Assembly (NCBI GenBank): GCA_938015835.1
Contig: CALLVW010000030.1
Coordinates: 10,527 to 74,526 of the forward strand
Reading direction: 5' to 3'
Length of the DNA: 64,000 nt
Origin: an uncultured Atopobium sp.
Lineage (GTDB): Bacteria; Actinomycetota; Coriobacteriia; Coriobacteriales; Atopobiaceae
Each line of letters starts with the position of its first letter. Position 1 is the stretch's first letter. Positions 29,147-38,480 of the stretch are shown here, piece after piece. The notes below the pieces were generated by a model. The model made no database searches. It was not told where the DNA came from and saw only the letters and a program-made list of their open reading frames with translations. Made by a program: the position numbers and the translations under genes.

Positions 29147-30736
29147 TCAGTGCCTAAAGTGACGCTTGCCTGTAAACACCATTGCAATGCCATATTCATC
29201 ACAAGCAGCAATAGATTCATCATCTCTGACTGATCCACCAGGCTGAATGATAGCCGTTACGCCATGAGCTGCTAGTGTGTCAACGTTATCTCGGAATGGG
29301 AAGAAAGCATCAGATGCTGCCACAAGATACTTTGAATCAATTCCCATGCGCTCACAAGCTGCCTCTGCACGCTCACACGCGAGAAGAGCAGCGTCAACAC
29401 GGTTTGGCTGACCTGGTCCCATGCCAATTCCAGCCTGATCTTTTGCAACCAAAATTGCATTTGACTTAACGGTCTTGCAAACTTTCCAAGCAAATACCAA
29501 ATCATTCAGCTCTTCTGGAGTTGGTTGGCGCTTGGTAACAACCTCAAAGCTCTCTGCGGTTTCATCTGCGTGGTCAAGATCTTGTACTAAAAGACCTCCG
29601 TCAACAGTTCTCATCTCAAGCTCGCGGCTTCTATCGATTCCGCCCGTAGCCAAAACGCGAAGATTTGTTCTCTTTGACAGGCGCTCAAGAGCCTCTTCTG
29701 TAAAGCTTGGTGCAATAAGAACCTCAACAAACTGCTTATTGATGTCTGCAAAGTGCTCAACAAACTCCAGAGGAACCTCTCTATTAACTGCAATAATTCC
29801 ACCAAACGCAGAGACTGGATCGCAAGCAAATGCTCGATCGTATGCCTCAACAACATTTTCCGCCGTAGCAGATCCACAAGGATTCTGGTGCTTCAAAATA
29901 ATGACTGATGGGTCATCAAACTCACGAACAGCAGCCCAAGCTGCATCAGTATCAAGCAAATTGTTGTAAGACAAGGGCTTGCCCTGAAGTTGCTGAGCGT
30001 TTGCCAGAGAGTGTGCAGGAGCTCCAGGCATCTTATAAAACGCTGCGGACTGCTGAGGATTTTCTCCGTAACGAAGATCTTGTTCTTTTGTTGCCTTTAC
30101 CAGCAAAGTCTCTGGGAATGTACTTTGCTCTGCTTCAACAACACCAGAAAGGTATGCGGCAATAGCACCATCGTATGCAGCCGTTGTCTTAAATACCTTC
30201 AAAGCCAGCTGCTGGCGAGAAGCCCTTGTAGTTGCACCGTCATGGACACGCATCTCATCAAGAACTCGACCATAATCTGCCGGATCAACAACAACCGTAA
30301 CAAAATCATTATTCTTTGCAGCAGAGCGGAGCATTGAAGGTCCACCGATATCGATATGCTCAATTGCATTTTCAAGAGTTACTGATGGATCAGCTACAGT
30401 CTTCTCAAACTCATAGAGATTAACGCAGACCAGGTCAATCATGCCAATACCATTATTCCCCGCGTCTGCGACATGACCAGGATTATCTCTACGGCATAAA
30501 AGACCACCATGAACACGAGGATGCAGCGTCTTAACGCGGCCGTCCATCATCTCTGGAAATCCGGTATAAGACTCAATAGGGATGACGGGGACGCCAGCCT
30601 CTTCGAGGATTTTTGCGGTTCCTCCTGTTGAAATTACCTCAACGCCAAACTCTTTAGTAAGCGTTTGTGCAAATTCAACAATACCTGTTTTATCTGTTAC
30701 CGAGATTAGCGCACGTTTGATAGGGGCTTCAGCCAT
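29147..30736 (-). CDS. purH: bifunctional AICAR transformylase / IMP cyclohydrolase
   Basis: MGS-like N-terminal domain (ALISVTDKTGIVEFA...GGTAK) and AICARFT domain. The ATG at 30736 has an AAGGAG RBS. Confidence 0.9.
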   Translation of the reverse strand: MAEAPIKRALISVTDKTGIVEFAQTLTKEFGVEVISTGGTAKILEEAGVPVIPIESYTGFPEMMDGRVKTLHPRVHGGLLCRRDNPGHVADAGNNGIGMIDLVCVNLYEFEKTVADPSVTLENAIEHIDIGGPSMLRSAAKNNDFVTVVVDPADYGRVLDEMRVHDGATTRASRQQLALKVFKTTAAYDGAIAAYLSGVVEAEQSTFPETLLVKATKEQDLRYGENPQQSAAFYKMPGAPAHSLANAQQLQGKPLSYNNLLDTDAAWAAVREFDDPSVIILKHQNPCGSATAENVVEAYDRAFACDPVSAFGGIIAVNREVPLEFVEHFADINKQFVEVLIAPSFTEEALERLSKRTNLRVLATGGIDRSRELEMRTVDGGLLVQDLDHADETAESFEVVTKRQPTPEELNDLVFAWKVCKTVKSNAILVAKDQAGIGMGPGQPNRVDAALLACERAEAACERMGIDSKYLVAASDAFFPFRDNVDTLAAHGVTAIIQPGGSVRDDESIAACDEYGIAMVFTGKRHFRH

Positions 30737-30876
30737 TGCCGCTCCTTTGTGTTCGACACTTGCTATCAGAAACACTTACAGCCTATCAGCTGCGAAACAC
30801 TACGTACTAGATGTAAACAAACTTGAAACTATTCTATAATCTTCCGCTGTAAAACACCTGAAAGGAACTATTTCAT

Positions 30877-31506
30877 ATGTCTGCCGATACTCCAATCATA
30901 GTCCCCTTCGAAGATACTGACTTACCAGAACTTATCTCAATCGTTGAACGCGTCTGGTACTTGGATGGCGATGAATCAAAAGATGAAAGTCGCTCACTTG
31001 CAACTATTGATATCGCCTATTTTCTTGGCGTTTCTACTCATCGCTTTGTAGCAAAGCAAGATGGTCAAATACTTGGTCTTATTTTCTGCTCAAACGGAGA
31101 AACTCCAGCAGATTTTGAAAAATGGCAGAAGTTAGAAAACGAAACAACAGCAAAAGCTAAGAAACTATTGAGTGAAGCTCGCTTTAAGGACTACGAGATC
31201 TTTGGTGATGTCGAATCTCATCTTGTTCATGATTATTGGAACACAAACACTAACGATGCCAAATGGGAAATTACTCTGTTCTGCATTAACCCCGCTATAA
31301 AGAGCCAAGGTATTGGAGGCATGCTCTTCTCCTACGTTCTGGACTTTATGAAAGAGCAAGGAGCTAAGCATTACTTCCTTGCAACTGATGACGATTGCGA
31401 CTTTGGTTTCTATCAGCACAAAGGCCTCACCTGTAAAGATAAGGCAGCTATTAGGTCATCAACAAAAGACTATGGCTTTGCCTATATCTATGCGGGAGAT
31501 CTCTAA
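30877..31506 (+). CDS. GNAT family N-acetyltransferase
   Basis: Acetyl-CoA binding motif INPAIKSQGIGGMLFSYVL. 209 aa. Confidence 0.7.
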   Translation: MSADTPIIVPFEDTDLPELISIVERVWYLDGDESKDESRSLATIDIAYFLGVSTHRFVAKQDGQILGLIFCSNGETPADFEKWQKLENETTAKAKKLLSEARFKDYEIFGDVESHLVHDYWNTNTNDAKWEITLFCINPAIKSQGIGGMLFSYVLDFMKEQGAKHYFLATDDDCDFGFYQHKGLTCKDKAAIRSSTKDYGFAYIYAGDL

Positions 31507-31508
31507 GA

Positions 31509-32444
31509 ATGAGTTCCTGCGTTGGAAGATTTGCGCCCACACCTTCTGGAAGAATGCATCTGGGCAACGTTTTCTCGGCTCTTATGGCTTGGGCCAGTGT
31601 TCGTTCCCAAAATGGCAGCCTTATTCTTCGCGTCGAAGACTTGGATATTCGTGCTCATAATCCTCAATACACCTCCCTCCTCCTTGATGATTTACAGTGG
31701 CTGGGACTAACTTGGGATAAAGGTCCGTATTACCAAAGCAAGCGCACAGAGCTCTACCAAGAAGCTCTTTCAGATTTGAGGCAGCAGGGACTCTTGTATC
31801 CCTGCTTTTGCTCCCGTGCAGACTTACATGCTGCTCAAGCTCCACATGCAAGTGATGGCACGTATGTCTATGCAGGAACTTGCCGCAACCTCAGCCAACC
31901 TGAGCGTAATGAGCTCTCAGCCCATAAAATCCCAGCAACACGTATACAAGTTCCTAATAAGATTTACGCGTTTGAAGATAAGGTCTGCGGTTCTACATCA
32001 CAAAACCTTGCTGAATCATGCGGGGACTTTATTGTTCAACGTGCAGATGGCGTCTTTGCCTATCAACTTGCCGTAGTAGTAGACGATGCTGATATGGGCA
32101 TAACTGAAGTGGTCAGAGGATCAGATCTTCTTTCCTCAACTCCTAGGCAACTTTATTTGCAAGACATGCTTGGTCTTTCTCATCCCACGTACGCGCACCT
32201 CCCCTTACTTGTTGCGCCTGATGGTAGGCGACTTTCAAAACGCAATCATGATCTAGACCTTGGTGTTCTGAGAGACCAAGGAAAAACACCAGAAGAGATT
32301 CTTGGCTTTCTTGCTTATTGCGTAGGCCTCACAGAAGAGAACGAGCCTCTTTCCTCAGTACAAATTGCAAATCGTTTTTCTTGGGAGACACTTCGCGCTC
32401 ACCGAGAAAACGTGGTTGTTGAGCATTTTTCACATGTTTTGTAA
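31509..32444 (+). CDS. gluQ: tRNA glutamyl-Q(34) synthetase (truncated GluRS paralog)
   Basis: Class I aaRS HIGH-like motif PSGRMHLGN, a Zn-binding Cys cluster and KLSKR-type motif LSKR. 311 aa with no anticodon-binding domain. Confidence 0.8.
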   Translation: MSSCVGRFAPTPSGRMHLGNVFSALMAWASVRSQNGSLILRVEDLDIRAHNPQYTSLLLDDLQWLGLTWDKGPYYQSKRTELYQEALSDLRQQGLLYPCFCSRADLHAAQAPHASDGTYVYAGTCRNLSQPERNELSAHKIPATRIQVPNKIYAFEDKVCGSTSQNLAESCGDFIVQRADGVFAYQLAVVVDDADMGITEVVRGSDLLSSTPRQLYLQDMLGLSHPTYAHLPLLVAPDGRRLSKRNHDLDLGVLRDQGKTPEEILGFLAYCVGLTEENEPLSSVQIANRFSWETLRAHRENVVVEHFSHVL

Positions 32445-32499
32445 AATGTCATATTGTGAGTGACGCCAGTTCGGGGTATCATTCTCAAGCACCCATTTT

Positions 32500-32590
32500 G
32501 GAGAGCTGACCGAGAGGCCGAAGGTGCTCGCCTGCTAAGCGAGTATGGGCCCCAAGCCCATCTGGGGTTCGAATCCCCAGCTCTCCGCCA
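32500..32590 (+). tRNA. tRNA-Ser (anticodon GCU)
   Basis: Cloverleaf GGAGAGC acceptor, anticodon loop CUGCUAA, long variable arm, TTCGAAT T-loop, encoded CCA. Confidence 0.9.
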
Positions 32591-32598
32591 GAATTTTC

Positions 32599-32630
32599 CG
32601 CTCGTTGCGCCTCTGCAACGAGCTTTTTTC
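32599..32630 (+). terminator. intrinsic terminator after tRNA-Ser
   Basis: GCTCGTTGC-loop-GCAACGAGC hairpin followed by TTTTTT. Confidence 0.7.
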
Positions 32631-32702
32631 TTACCAAGAAGAACTTTTTCTAAGATTAGTCTTGCATTTTTAACTGGAAAATGGCATTCTATCTACTTGC
32701 AC

Positions 32703-32779
32703 GCGGCGTTACCTCAGCTGGATAGAGGACCTGACTACGAATCAGGGCGTCATAGGTTCGAATCCTATACGCCGCACCA
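32703..32779 (+). tRNA. tRNA-Arg (anticodon ACG)
   Basis: GCGGCGU acceptor, D-arm CCUCAGCUGGAUAGAGG, anticodon loop CUACGAA, T-loop TTCGAAT, CCA encoded. Confidence 0.9.
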
Positions 32780-32788
32780 CTTGAACTT

Positions 32789-32816
32789 AGGAGCTCCTTC
32801 GGGAGCTCTTTTTTAT
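32789..32816 (+). terminator. intrinsic terminator after tRNA-Arg
   Basis: GGAGCTCC-TTCG-GGAGCTC hairpin followed by TTTTTTATT. Confidence 0.75.
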
Positions 32817-33136
32817 TATCTACCTGGTCTTAAGGCTACTTCACCAGCAGAGTTAGCATATAAATAACGGTAAGAAATGCCAGCTTCATCAAGCTCATCC
32901 ATTACCTCAGCCATACATGTTTCTGCCATGATGACCTCAAGATATTCTTGTGGACTTAAGTCTTTTAAACCCACCCTGCCTTGGTCTGAAATCCATTTTC
33001 TTAAAGCTGCAAGTTGCTCTGGTGCTATATGGATTTCTGAATAAAACTCCTTGTGACCAAATCCAATTTCTGCTGCACTACCCTGCACAAACTGCCGTAC
33101 TACGATATCTTTCTGTACCTCTACCAAACCTTTCAT
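32816..33136 (-). CDS. hypothetical small acidic protein (106 aa) with a LexA/Cheo-type SOS box in its promoter
   Basis: ORF with an AAAGAGG RBS and no recognised domain. The perfect palindrome TTTATAGAACATATGTTCTATAAA lies 40-65 bp upstream of its start. Confidence 0.5.
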   Translation of the reverse strand: MKGLVEVQKDIVVRQFVQGSAAEIGFGHKEFYSEIHIAPEQLAALRKWISDQGRVGLKDLSPQEYLEVIMAETCMAEVMDELDEAGISYRYLYANSAGEVALRPGR

Positions 33137-33177
33137 AGCTACCTCTTTCTTCTCTTGCTAGCCACAAGTATAGCTGA

Positions 33178-33201
33178 TTTATAGAACATATGTTCTATAA
33201 A
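33178..33201. promoter_or_regulatory. 24-bp perfect palindrome containing GAAC-N4-GTTC (Cheo/SOS box-like operator)
   Basis: TTTATAGAACATATGTTCTATAAA. The core GAACATATGTTC matches the Gram-positive LexA consensus CGAACRNRYGTTCG and the actinobacterial TCGAAC-N4-GTTCGA. Confidence 0.6.
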
Positions 33202-33278
33202 TCACTAAAAGAAATGGTCTCCACAATTCTGTAGAAGACCATTTCAAGAATTGAATCAGTTTTGATTAAAAAGAGAAA

Positions 33279-34562
33279 CTATTCTGGGCGAATAACCTCG
33301 ATGCCACCCATGTAAGGACGGAGCGCCTCAGGCACGGTAACGGAGCCATCTGCGTTCTGATAATTCTCCATAATTGCAGCCATGGTACGGCCAACTGCCA
33401 GACCGGAGCCGTTAAGCGTGTGAACTAGACGGGTGCCCTTGAACTCTGCTGGATCCTTATAGCGGATATTTGCACGACGAGCCTGGAAATCCCAGCAGTT
33501 AGAGCAAGAAGAAATCTCCTTGTATGCGTTATAGCTTGGGAGCCAAACTTCAATGTCATAACACTTGCATGCAGAGAAGCCAATGTCACCAGTGCAGAGA
33601 GTAACCACGTGATAAGGAAGACCCAGAAGCTGGAGGATCTTCTCGGCTTCCTGAACCATGGACTCAAGCTGATTCATGGAGTCTTCAGGCTTTGCAAACT
33701 TGACCATCTCTACCTTGTCAAACTGGTGGACGCGGATGATGCCACGGGTGTCTCGACCAGCTGAACCTGCCTCCTCGCGGAAGCATGGGGTGAATGCGGT
33801 ATAGAGCAGAGGGAGCTGAGATGCGTCCAGAATCTCGTCACGATGGATGTTTGTGAGCTGGACCTCAGCAGTTGGAATGAGGTAGAGGTCAGGCTGTACG
33901 TGATAGAGATCTTCTTCAAACTTAGGGAGCTGACCAGTGCCAAACAGAGAGTCCTGATTTGTGATAACTGGTGGCCACCACTCTTTGAAGCCTGCCTGGT
34001 TATGTGTATCAATCATGAAGTTGATAAGCGCACGCTCCATGCGAGCGCCCATGCCGCCAAGAAGATAGAAGCGAGTTCCTGCAAGCTTTACGCCACGGTC
34101 AAAATCAATCATGCCCAGCTCGGGTCCAAGATCCCAGTGCGCCTTTGGCTCAAAATCAAACTGAGTTGGCTCTCCCCACTTGCGAACCTCAGGGTTATCG
34201 GAATCATCCTTGCCATAAGGAACGGATGCGTCAGGAATGTTTGGAATAGCCGCAACAAGGGCGGTGAGCTCTTCCTCAACCTCTCCGCGGCGCTGATCAA
34301 GCTCTGCGATACGGTCTTTATTAGCTGCTACCTGCTCTTTAGCTGCCTCAGCCTCTTCCTTCTTGCCCTCACGCATGAGAAGGCCAATCTGCTTAGAAAC
34401 AGCGTTGCGCTCTGCCTGAAGAGACTCAACCTCAGCAATTACGCTTCTGCGCTCCTCATCAAGCTCAAAGAATTTCTCGCGATCCCAATGAGCATTTTGC
34501 CTGGACTCGCAAGACTTATCTACGAGGTCAGGATTCTCGCGCACAAATTTGATATCAAGCAT
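33279..34562 (-). CDS. serS: seryl-tRNA synthetase
   Basis: 427 aa with an N-terminal coiled-coil arm and class II core motifs. Starts MLDIKFVRENPDLV. Confidence 0.9.
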   Translation of the reverse strand: MLDIKFVRENPDLVDKSCESRQNAHWDREKFFELDEERRSVIAEVESLQAERNAVSKQIGLLMREGKKEEAEAAKEQVAANKDRIAELDQRRGEVEEELTALVAAIPNIPDASVPYGKDDSDNPEVRKWGEPTQFDFEPKAHWDLGPELGMIDFDRGVKLAGTRFYLLGGMGARMERALINFMIDTHNQAGFKEWWPPVITNQDSLFGTGQLPKFEEDLYHVQPDLYLIPTAEVQLTNIHRDEILDASQLPLLYTAFTPCFREEAGSAGRDTRGIIRVHQFDKVEMVKFAKPEDSMNQLESMVQEAEKILQLLGLPYHVVTLCTGDIGFSACKCYDIEVWLPSYNAYKEISSCSNCWDFQARRANIRYKDPAEFKGTRLVHTLNGSGLAVGRTMAAIMENYQNADGSVTVPEALRPYMGGIEVIRPE

Positions 34563-34654
34563 GCAGCTTCTCCTTGAATCAACACTTTTTGGCAGTGCAT
34601 TTTTTCTTATAGCCTACCAAGTATATACTTGTATTTGGATTCTTAACCCTTCAC

Positions 34655-34891
34655 ATGTTCTGGAGCTGGATTATGGACGCAATTAACTCTTTTTTTGGTT
34701 GGCTTTTTGGCGATAAGACCGGCGTGTTGTTCCTCGTACTTGGTGGAATTTTGCTCTTCTTGGTCATTTCTTTTGTGTTGGAGCGCAAAACCAAAAAGAT
34801 GTATTTCAACCACAAAAAGACCGAAGACGACTGGGATCTCTTTGGAGAAGACGAAGAAGGCTGGTCTGACTTTGATGCAGACAACAAATAA
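34655..34891 (+). CDS. hypothetical small membrane protein with acidic C-terminus
   Basis: 78 aa, two hydrophobic segments, followed by a strong terminator. Confidence 0.4.
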   Translation: MFWSWIMDAINSFFGWLFGDKTGVLFLVLGGILLFLVISFVLERKTKKMYFNHKKTEDDWDLFGEDEEGWSDFDADNK

Positions 34892-34895
34892 GTAA

Positions 34896-34927
34896 CAAAA
34901 AAAGCCCCGTAAAGGGGCTTTTTAAAT
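34896..34927. terminator. bidirectional intrinsic terminator
   Basis: AAAGCCCC-GTAA-AGGGGCTTT hairpin flanked by an A-run and a T-run. Serves the small ORF (plus) and tRNA-Leu (minus). Confidence 0.75.
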
Positions 34928-34932
34928 GCAAA

Positions 34933-35019
34933 TGGTGCGGGCGAAGGGACTTGAACCCCCATGAACTTGCGTTCATACGGACCTGAACCGTACGCGTCTG
35001 CCAATTCCGCCACACCCGC
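34933..35019 (-). tRNA. tRNA-Leu (anticodon CAG)
   Basis: Reverse complement GCGGGUG...anticodon loop UUCAGGU...long variable arm...GGTTCAAGTCC...CGCCCGCACCA. Confidence 0.9.
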
Positions 35020-35152
35020 GTGCTAGGGAATAATACTACAACATTTTGTTTTCTTCTAATGAAAAAACAATAGATATATAAGAAATTTCTTTTCAGCGGT
35101 AGAATATAGACAGTCACGGCCGACAAACACACTTTAAACACAGGAGGTTGCC

Positions 35153-36949
35153 GTGAGTGACTCGCGGTCACAGACCACGCAGACTACATATCTACATTCA
35201 CCTTCTGCTCAGCAGGCATCATCTGCGGCTGAGCCAGAAATTTTGCTGGACCGATATCGCGTTCTTGCTCGCAGAGGTAACGGAGGCTTTGGCACCGTTT
35301 GTACCTGCTGGGATACTCGTTTGCAGAGACGCGTAGCCATTAAACGCATGCCACTGTTGGGAGCTTCCGAGACTCCCGGCGTGCTTGCTTCAACTGTTGA
35401 CGAGGCTCTTTCTGAGGCAAGAACTGCCTGCTTATTGGCTCATCCCAACATTGTGACCGTCCATGACTTTGAGATTGAAGGCGATTACGCCTATCTGGTC
35501 ATGGAGTTTGTTGATGGCCTTAATTTATCGGAGCTCTTGGCTCGCGTTGAGGGTGGCTACCTCACCTATGCCGAAGCAGCTCACATGGTGTCTTCACTTG
35601 CAAAGGCGCTTCACTATGCTCATGAAAACGGCGTACTCCATCTGGACATCAAGCCAACAAATATCATGATTGACCGCCAGGGTACGGTAAAACTTGCCGA
35701 CTTTGGTATGGCAACACTTGCTTCAGCTGCTGGTTATGGCGGCGCTCGTGGTGGTACGGTAGGCTACATGCCTCCCGAGCAGGTTGAAGGCATGCTTGTT
35801 GACGAGCGCGCTGATATTTTCTCGCTTGCTGTTGTTCTGAGGCAGGCTCTAACGGGCGTCAATGTATTTGCGGGCAGAACGGCTAAAGAATCCCTTGATC
35901 ACATCTACAAGGGCCCAAAAATTCCTCTGCTCAAACAAGATCCCGAGGTTCCCTTTGCTGTAGACGCCGCCTTGACGCAGGCACTTTCCCCTGAGCCGTC
36001 AATGAGACAAGGAAGCGTCTTGGAGTTTGCACAAGAAATTGTGACTCCTCTTGGCAGCGAAAAGCAGGGCGAGAAAAGCCTCAAATCCCTGGTGGAACAG
36101 TCAGAAGAAGAGGAAACCGAGACCTGGGATGTCAAGCATCTTCCGCTCTCAATCCGCTTCCCCTGGCTGCCCTCGGCTACCGTGCGTGGCGTATCAGCCC
36201 TGGTCGTCGGTATTCTTCTCGCCCAGTTATTCCAGCTTATTGCTCCAGAATCGTTCACGTTTATTGTGGTGGGTTCTCTTGTAGGAGCTGCGGCAGCTGC
36301 TCTTTGGACTCCGTTGGGTTCTGCGCTTGTCATTGCATGCGCGGTATATGCCCTGGCAAGTATTAGCCCTACCAGCACTTCATTCCCATTTGCAACGCTT
36401 GTAACCTTAGTAAGCGTTATATGGTGGGCCTTTGCAGGAAGGGTCTCAAAATTCAGCAGCATCAACTGCTTATTAGGAGCTTTATTACCTGCTCCTGTTT
36501 CAGCACCAGCGCTTGTCTCCGCCACCATGCATCCACTACCTGCGGTTTTAACAGGAGCCTTTAGCTATCTTTTTGGGACACTGTTTGCAAGAGGCATATC
36601 TTTAGGCTTTGCGGCAACGCCTCTTGCTTATGACTACACCTCGCTGACCTCAGGACTTCCTTTTTGGATTCGCTTTGGGGCATGCTCCCTATCTGCTCTT
36701 TTAGGCTCGCTTATGAGCCAGAAAAGACGCCGTGGGTGGATGGTTTTTGGACAAATTATTTGTGCTGCATTGCTTTCAAGTGGCTTTATATGGGCAGCTT
36801 GGATGGAGAATCCCAATTTTTGGGTAGTTGAAAGTATAGTTTCGGTACTAATTACGGTATTCTTATGTGTACTTGTATGTATTGCAATTGTCCTGATAGG
36901 TCCACTTGACGCGGATCAGGAAGGCGAGGAATTAGATGAGCTTTCTTAG
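35153..36949 (+). CDS. Ser/Thr protein kinase with polytopic (about 7 TM) C-terminal membrane domain
   Basis: Hanks kinase motifs (GNGGFGTV, VAIKRM, HLDIKPTN, DFG, PPE) in the N-terminal 280 aa. The C-terminal half has multiple hydrophobic helices and no PASTA. GTG start with an AGGAGG RBS. Confidence 0.85.
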   Translation: MSDSRSQTTQTTYLHSPSAQQASSAAEPEILLDRYRVLARRGNGGFGTVCTCWDTRLQRRVAIKRMPLLGASETPGVLASTVDEALSEARTACLLAHPNIVTVHDFEIEGDYAYLVMEFVDGLNLSELLARVEGGYLTYAEAAHMVSSLAKALHYAHENGVLHLDIKPTNIMIDRQGTVKLADFGMATLASAAGYGGARGGTVGYMPPEQVEGMLVDERADIFSLAVVLRQALTGVNVFAGRTAKESLDHIYKGPKIPLLKQDPEVPFAVDAALTQALSPEPSMRQGSVLEFAQEIVTPLGSEKQGEKSLKSLVEQSEEEETETWDVKHLPLSIRFPWLPSATVRGVSALVVGILLAQLFQLIAPESFTFIVVGSLVGAAAAALWTPLGSALVIACAVYALASISPTSTSFPFATLVTLVSVIWWAFAGRVSKFSSINCLLGALLPAPVSAPALVSATMHPLPAVLTGAFSYLFGTLFARGISLGFAATPLAYDYTSLTSGLPFWIRFGACSLSALLGSLMSQKRRRGWMVFGQIICAALLSSGFIWAAWMENPNFWVVESIVSVLITVFLCVLVCIAIVLIGPLDADQEGEELDELS

Positions 36950-38060
36950 TGACTTTGAAAACCGTATTGGTTCGGTCTTTGGTGCCGCACCTCAGGGATA
37001 CGCAGAGCCTTTCTCTTTTAAGAAGCTTGCCAAACGCGCAGCTAAAGAGATGGAACGTGAGACGTATGAGATTGATGGTGTAGACACTGCGCCTGCCCTG
37101 TATACCGTTTTAGTTGCTCCTCAAGACGATTCACTGATGCGTCCTCTTTATGCTGATCTAACTGCAGAGGTTTCTGACTTCGTGGCTGCTCAGGCTCAGC
37201 AAAAAGATTATGTATTTGTTGGTCAGCCGCTTGTTCGTTTTATGGTTGACCCATCTCTGAAGCCTGGAAAATTTGCTGTCTTTGCAGAAAACGTTGACGG
37301 CAATACGCTTGACCAGCTACGCAATGAAGAGCGTGCTTTCTTGGGTGGAAACTCCAGTGTTGGAGGAGCTGCAGCTCAAATGCCTCAGCAGCACAATTCC
37401 CGCGCTGCTGCTCAGCCAGAACTACAGCCAGAGCCAGATCCTCTGTCCGTAGTTAGACCCGTTTCTGCAGATAATGCAACCCCGGAGGTTTTGGGCGATC
37501 TTGCTGGTACAGACGCTGGTCTTGCGGTAATGCCACCAGATTTTGTTGAGGCTCAAGGCGCAATTCCTGTTGTTTCTGCAGCTGAGTCCACCCCTATGCC
37601 TGTTCTTCCTAGCTCAAACGGGCTTCCAGACCTTCCAGTTAACGGAGCTATCCCAACAGCGGCTCCTGTCCCTATGACACAGCGTCGTGTGACACCTTCA
37701 CTTGATACCCAGTTAAACGGCGTGGGCGGACGTCCTTCTCGCAATCTGCAGGGCACGCCACGCGCAAACATGGACGCTACCTGCATTTTGATTGATCGCC
37801 AGAGCGGTCGTTCGTATCGCGTTGAGGCTCCTCGCGCCATCATTGGTCGCGAGCGCTCTCAGGCAGACGTTGTTCTGCGCGATCCTAACGTTTCAAGACG
37901 TCACGCCGAGATGACCTATGACGGTCACGATTGGCACATTGCTGATTTGCACTCCACTAATGGAACGCTTGTCAACGATATCGACGTAGATGAGGTAATT
38001 CTGCGCGACGGAGACCTCATTACCATTGGTCTTATGGACCTTCAGTTCCGGGAGAACTAA
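36936..38060 (+). CDS. fhaA: FHA-domain protein FhaA-like (DUF3662 N-terminal domain plus C-terminal FHA)
   Basis: N-terminus MSFLSDFENRIGSVFG... is DUF3662-like. C-terminal FHA has IIGRERSQADVVLRDPNVSRRHAEM...STNGT. Confidence 0.8.
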   Translation: MSFLSDFENRIGSVFGAAPQGYAEPFSFKKLAKRAAKEMERETYEIDGVDTAPALYTVLVAPQDDSLMRPLYADLTAEVSDFVAAQAQQKDYVFVGQPLVRFMVDPSLKPGKFAVFAENVDGNTLDQLRNEERAFLGGNSSVGGAAAQMPQQHNSRAAAQPELQPEPDPLSVVRPVSADNATPEVLGDLAGTDAGLAVMPPDFVEAQGAIPVVSAAESTPMPVLPSSNGLPDLPVNGAIPTAAPVPMTQRRVTPSLDTQLNGVGGRPSRNLQGTPRANMDATCILIDRQSGRSYRVEAPRAIIGRERSQADVVLRDPNVSRRHAEMTYDGHDWHIADLHSTNGTLVNDIDVDEVILRDGDLITIGLMDLQFREN

Positions 38061-38473
38061 TGATTGATTTGATTCTCTTTGCAGGACGTGTTCTGCTTGT
38101 TGTCCTGTTGTACATCTTCCTGTTCTCGGTCATGCGCACGGGCATTGGTCTTGTCCGCGGCCAGCGCAAAGACGGAGCTATTTGGTCCGTTGATGTCGAG
38201 AAGGGCGTCAAGTCCTTACGTGGTCTTCACGTAGACATCTTGGGTCCTGTTGTTATTGGACGTTCTCCTTCGTCTGACATTGTGATTGACGAACCTTACG
38301 TTTCTGCTTCACACGCCCGCTTTACTATCCAGGGCCCTGCTCTGGTACTTGAAGACCTTGGATCCACAAACGGAACCATGGTTAATGGTCACATCATCGA
38401 GCAGCCTGTTACCCTTCGCGACACAGACGAAGTCCAGGTCGGCGATGTGATTATGCGTGTTGGACGTCGATAA
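38060..38473 (+). CDS. fhaB: FHA-domain protein FhaB/FipA-like (TM helix plus FHA)
   Basis: 137 aa with an N-terminal TM helix and an FHA domain (VIGRSPSSDIVIDEPYVSASHARF...STNGT). Confidence 0.8.
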   Translation: MIDLILFAGRVLLVVLLYIFLFSVMRTGIGLVRGQRKDGAIWSVDVEKGVKSLRGLHVDILGPVVIGRSPSSDIVIDEPYVSASHARFTIQGPALVLEDLGSTNGTMVNGHIIEQPVTLRDTDEVQVGDVIMRVGRR

Positions 38474-38480
38474 GAGGCTC

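Noticed and set aside
32460-32867. 135-aa plus-strand ORF spanning both tRNA genes
   Set aside because: Reads straight through tRNA-Ser, tRNA-Arg and two terminators. Spurious.
34563-34654. Possible T-box leader upstream of serS
   Set aside because: Only about 90 nt of leader, far too short for a T-box (about 250 nt). No specifier or T-box motif (AATTAGGGTGGNACCGCG) is visible.
34651-35013. 120-aa minus-strand ORF (MAELADAYGSGPYERKFMGV...)
   Set aside because: It lies entirely over tRNA-Leu(CAG) and the bidirectional terminator. Its reading frame is an artefact of the GC-rich tRNA sequence.
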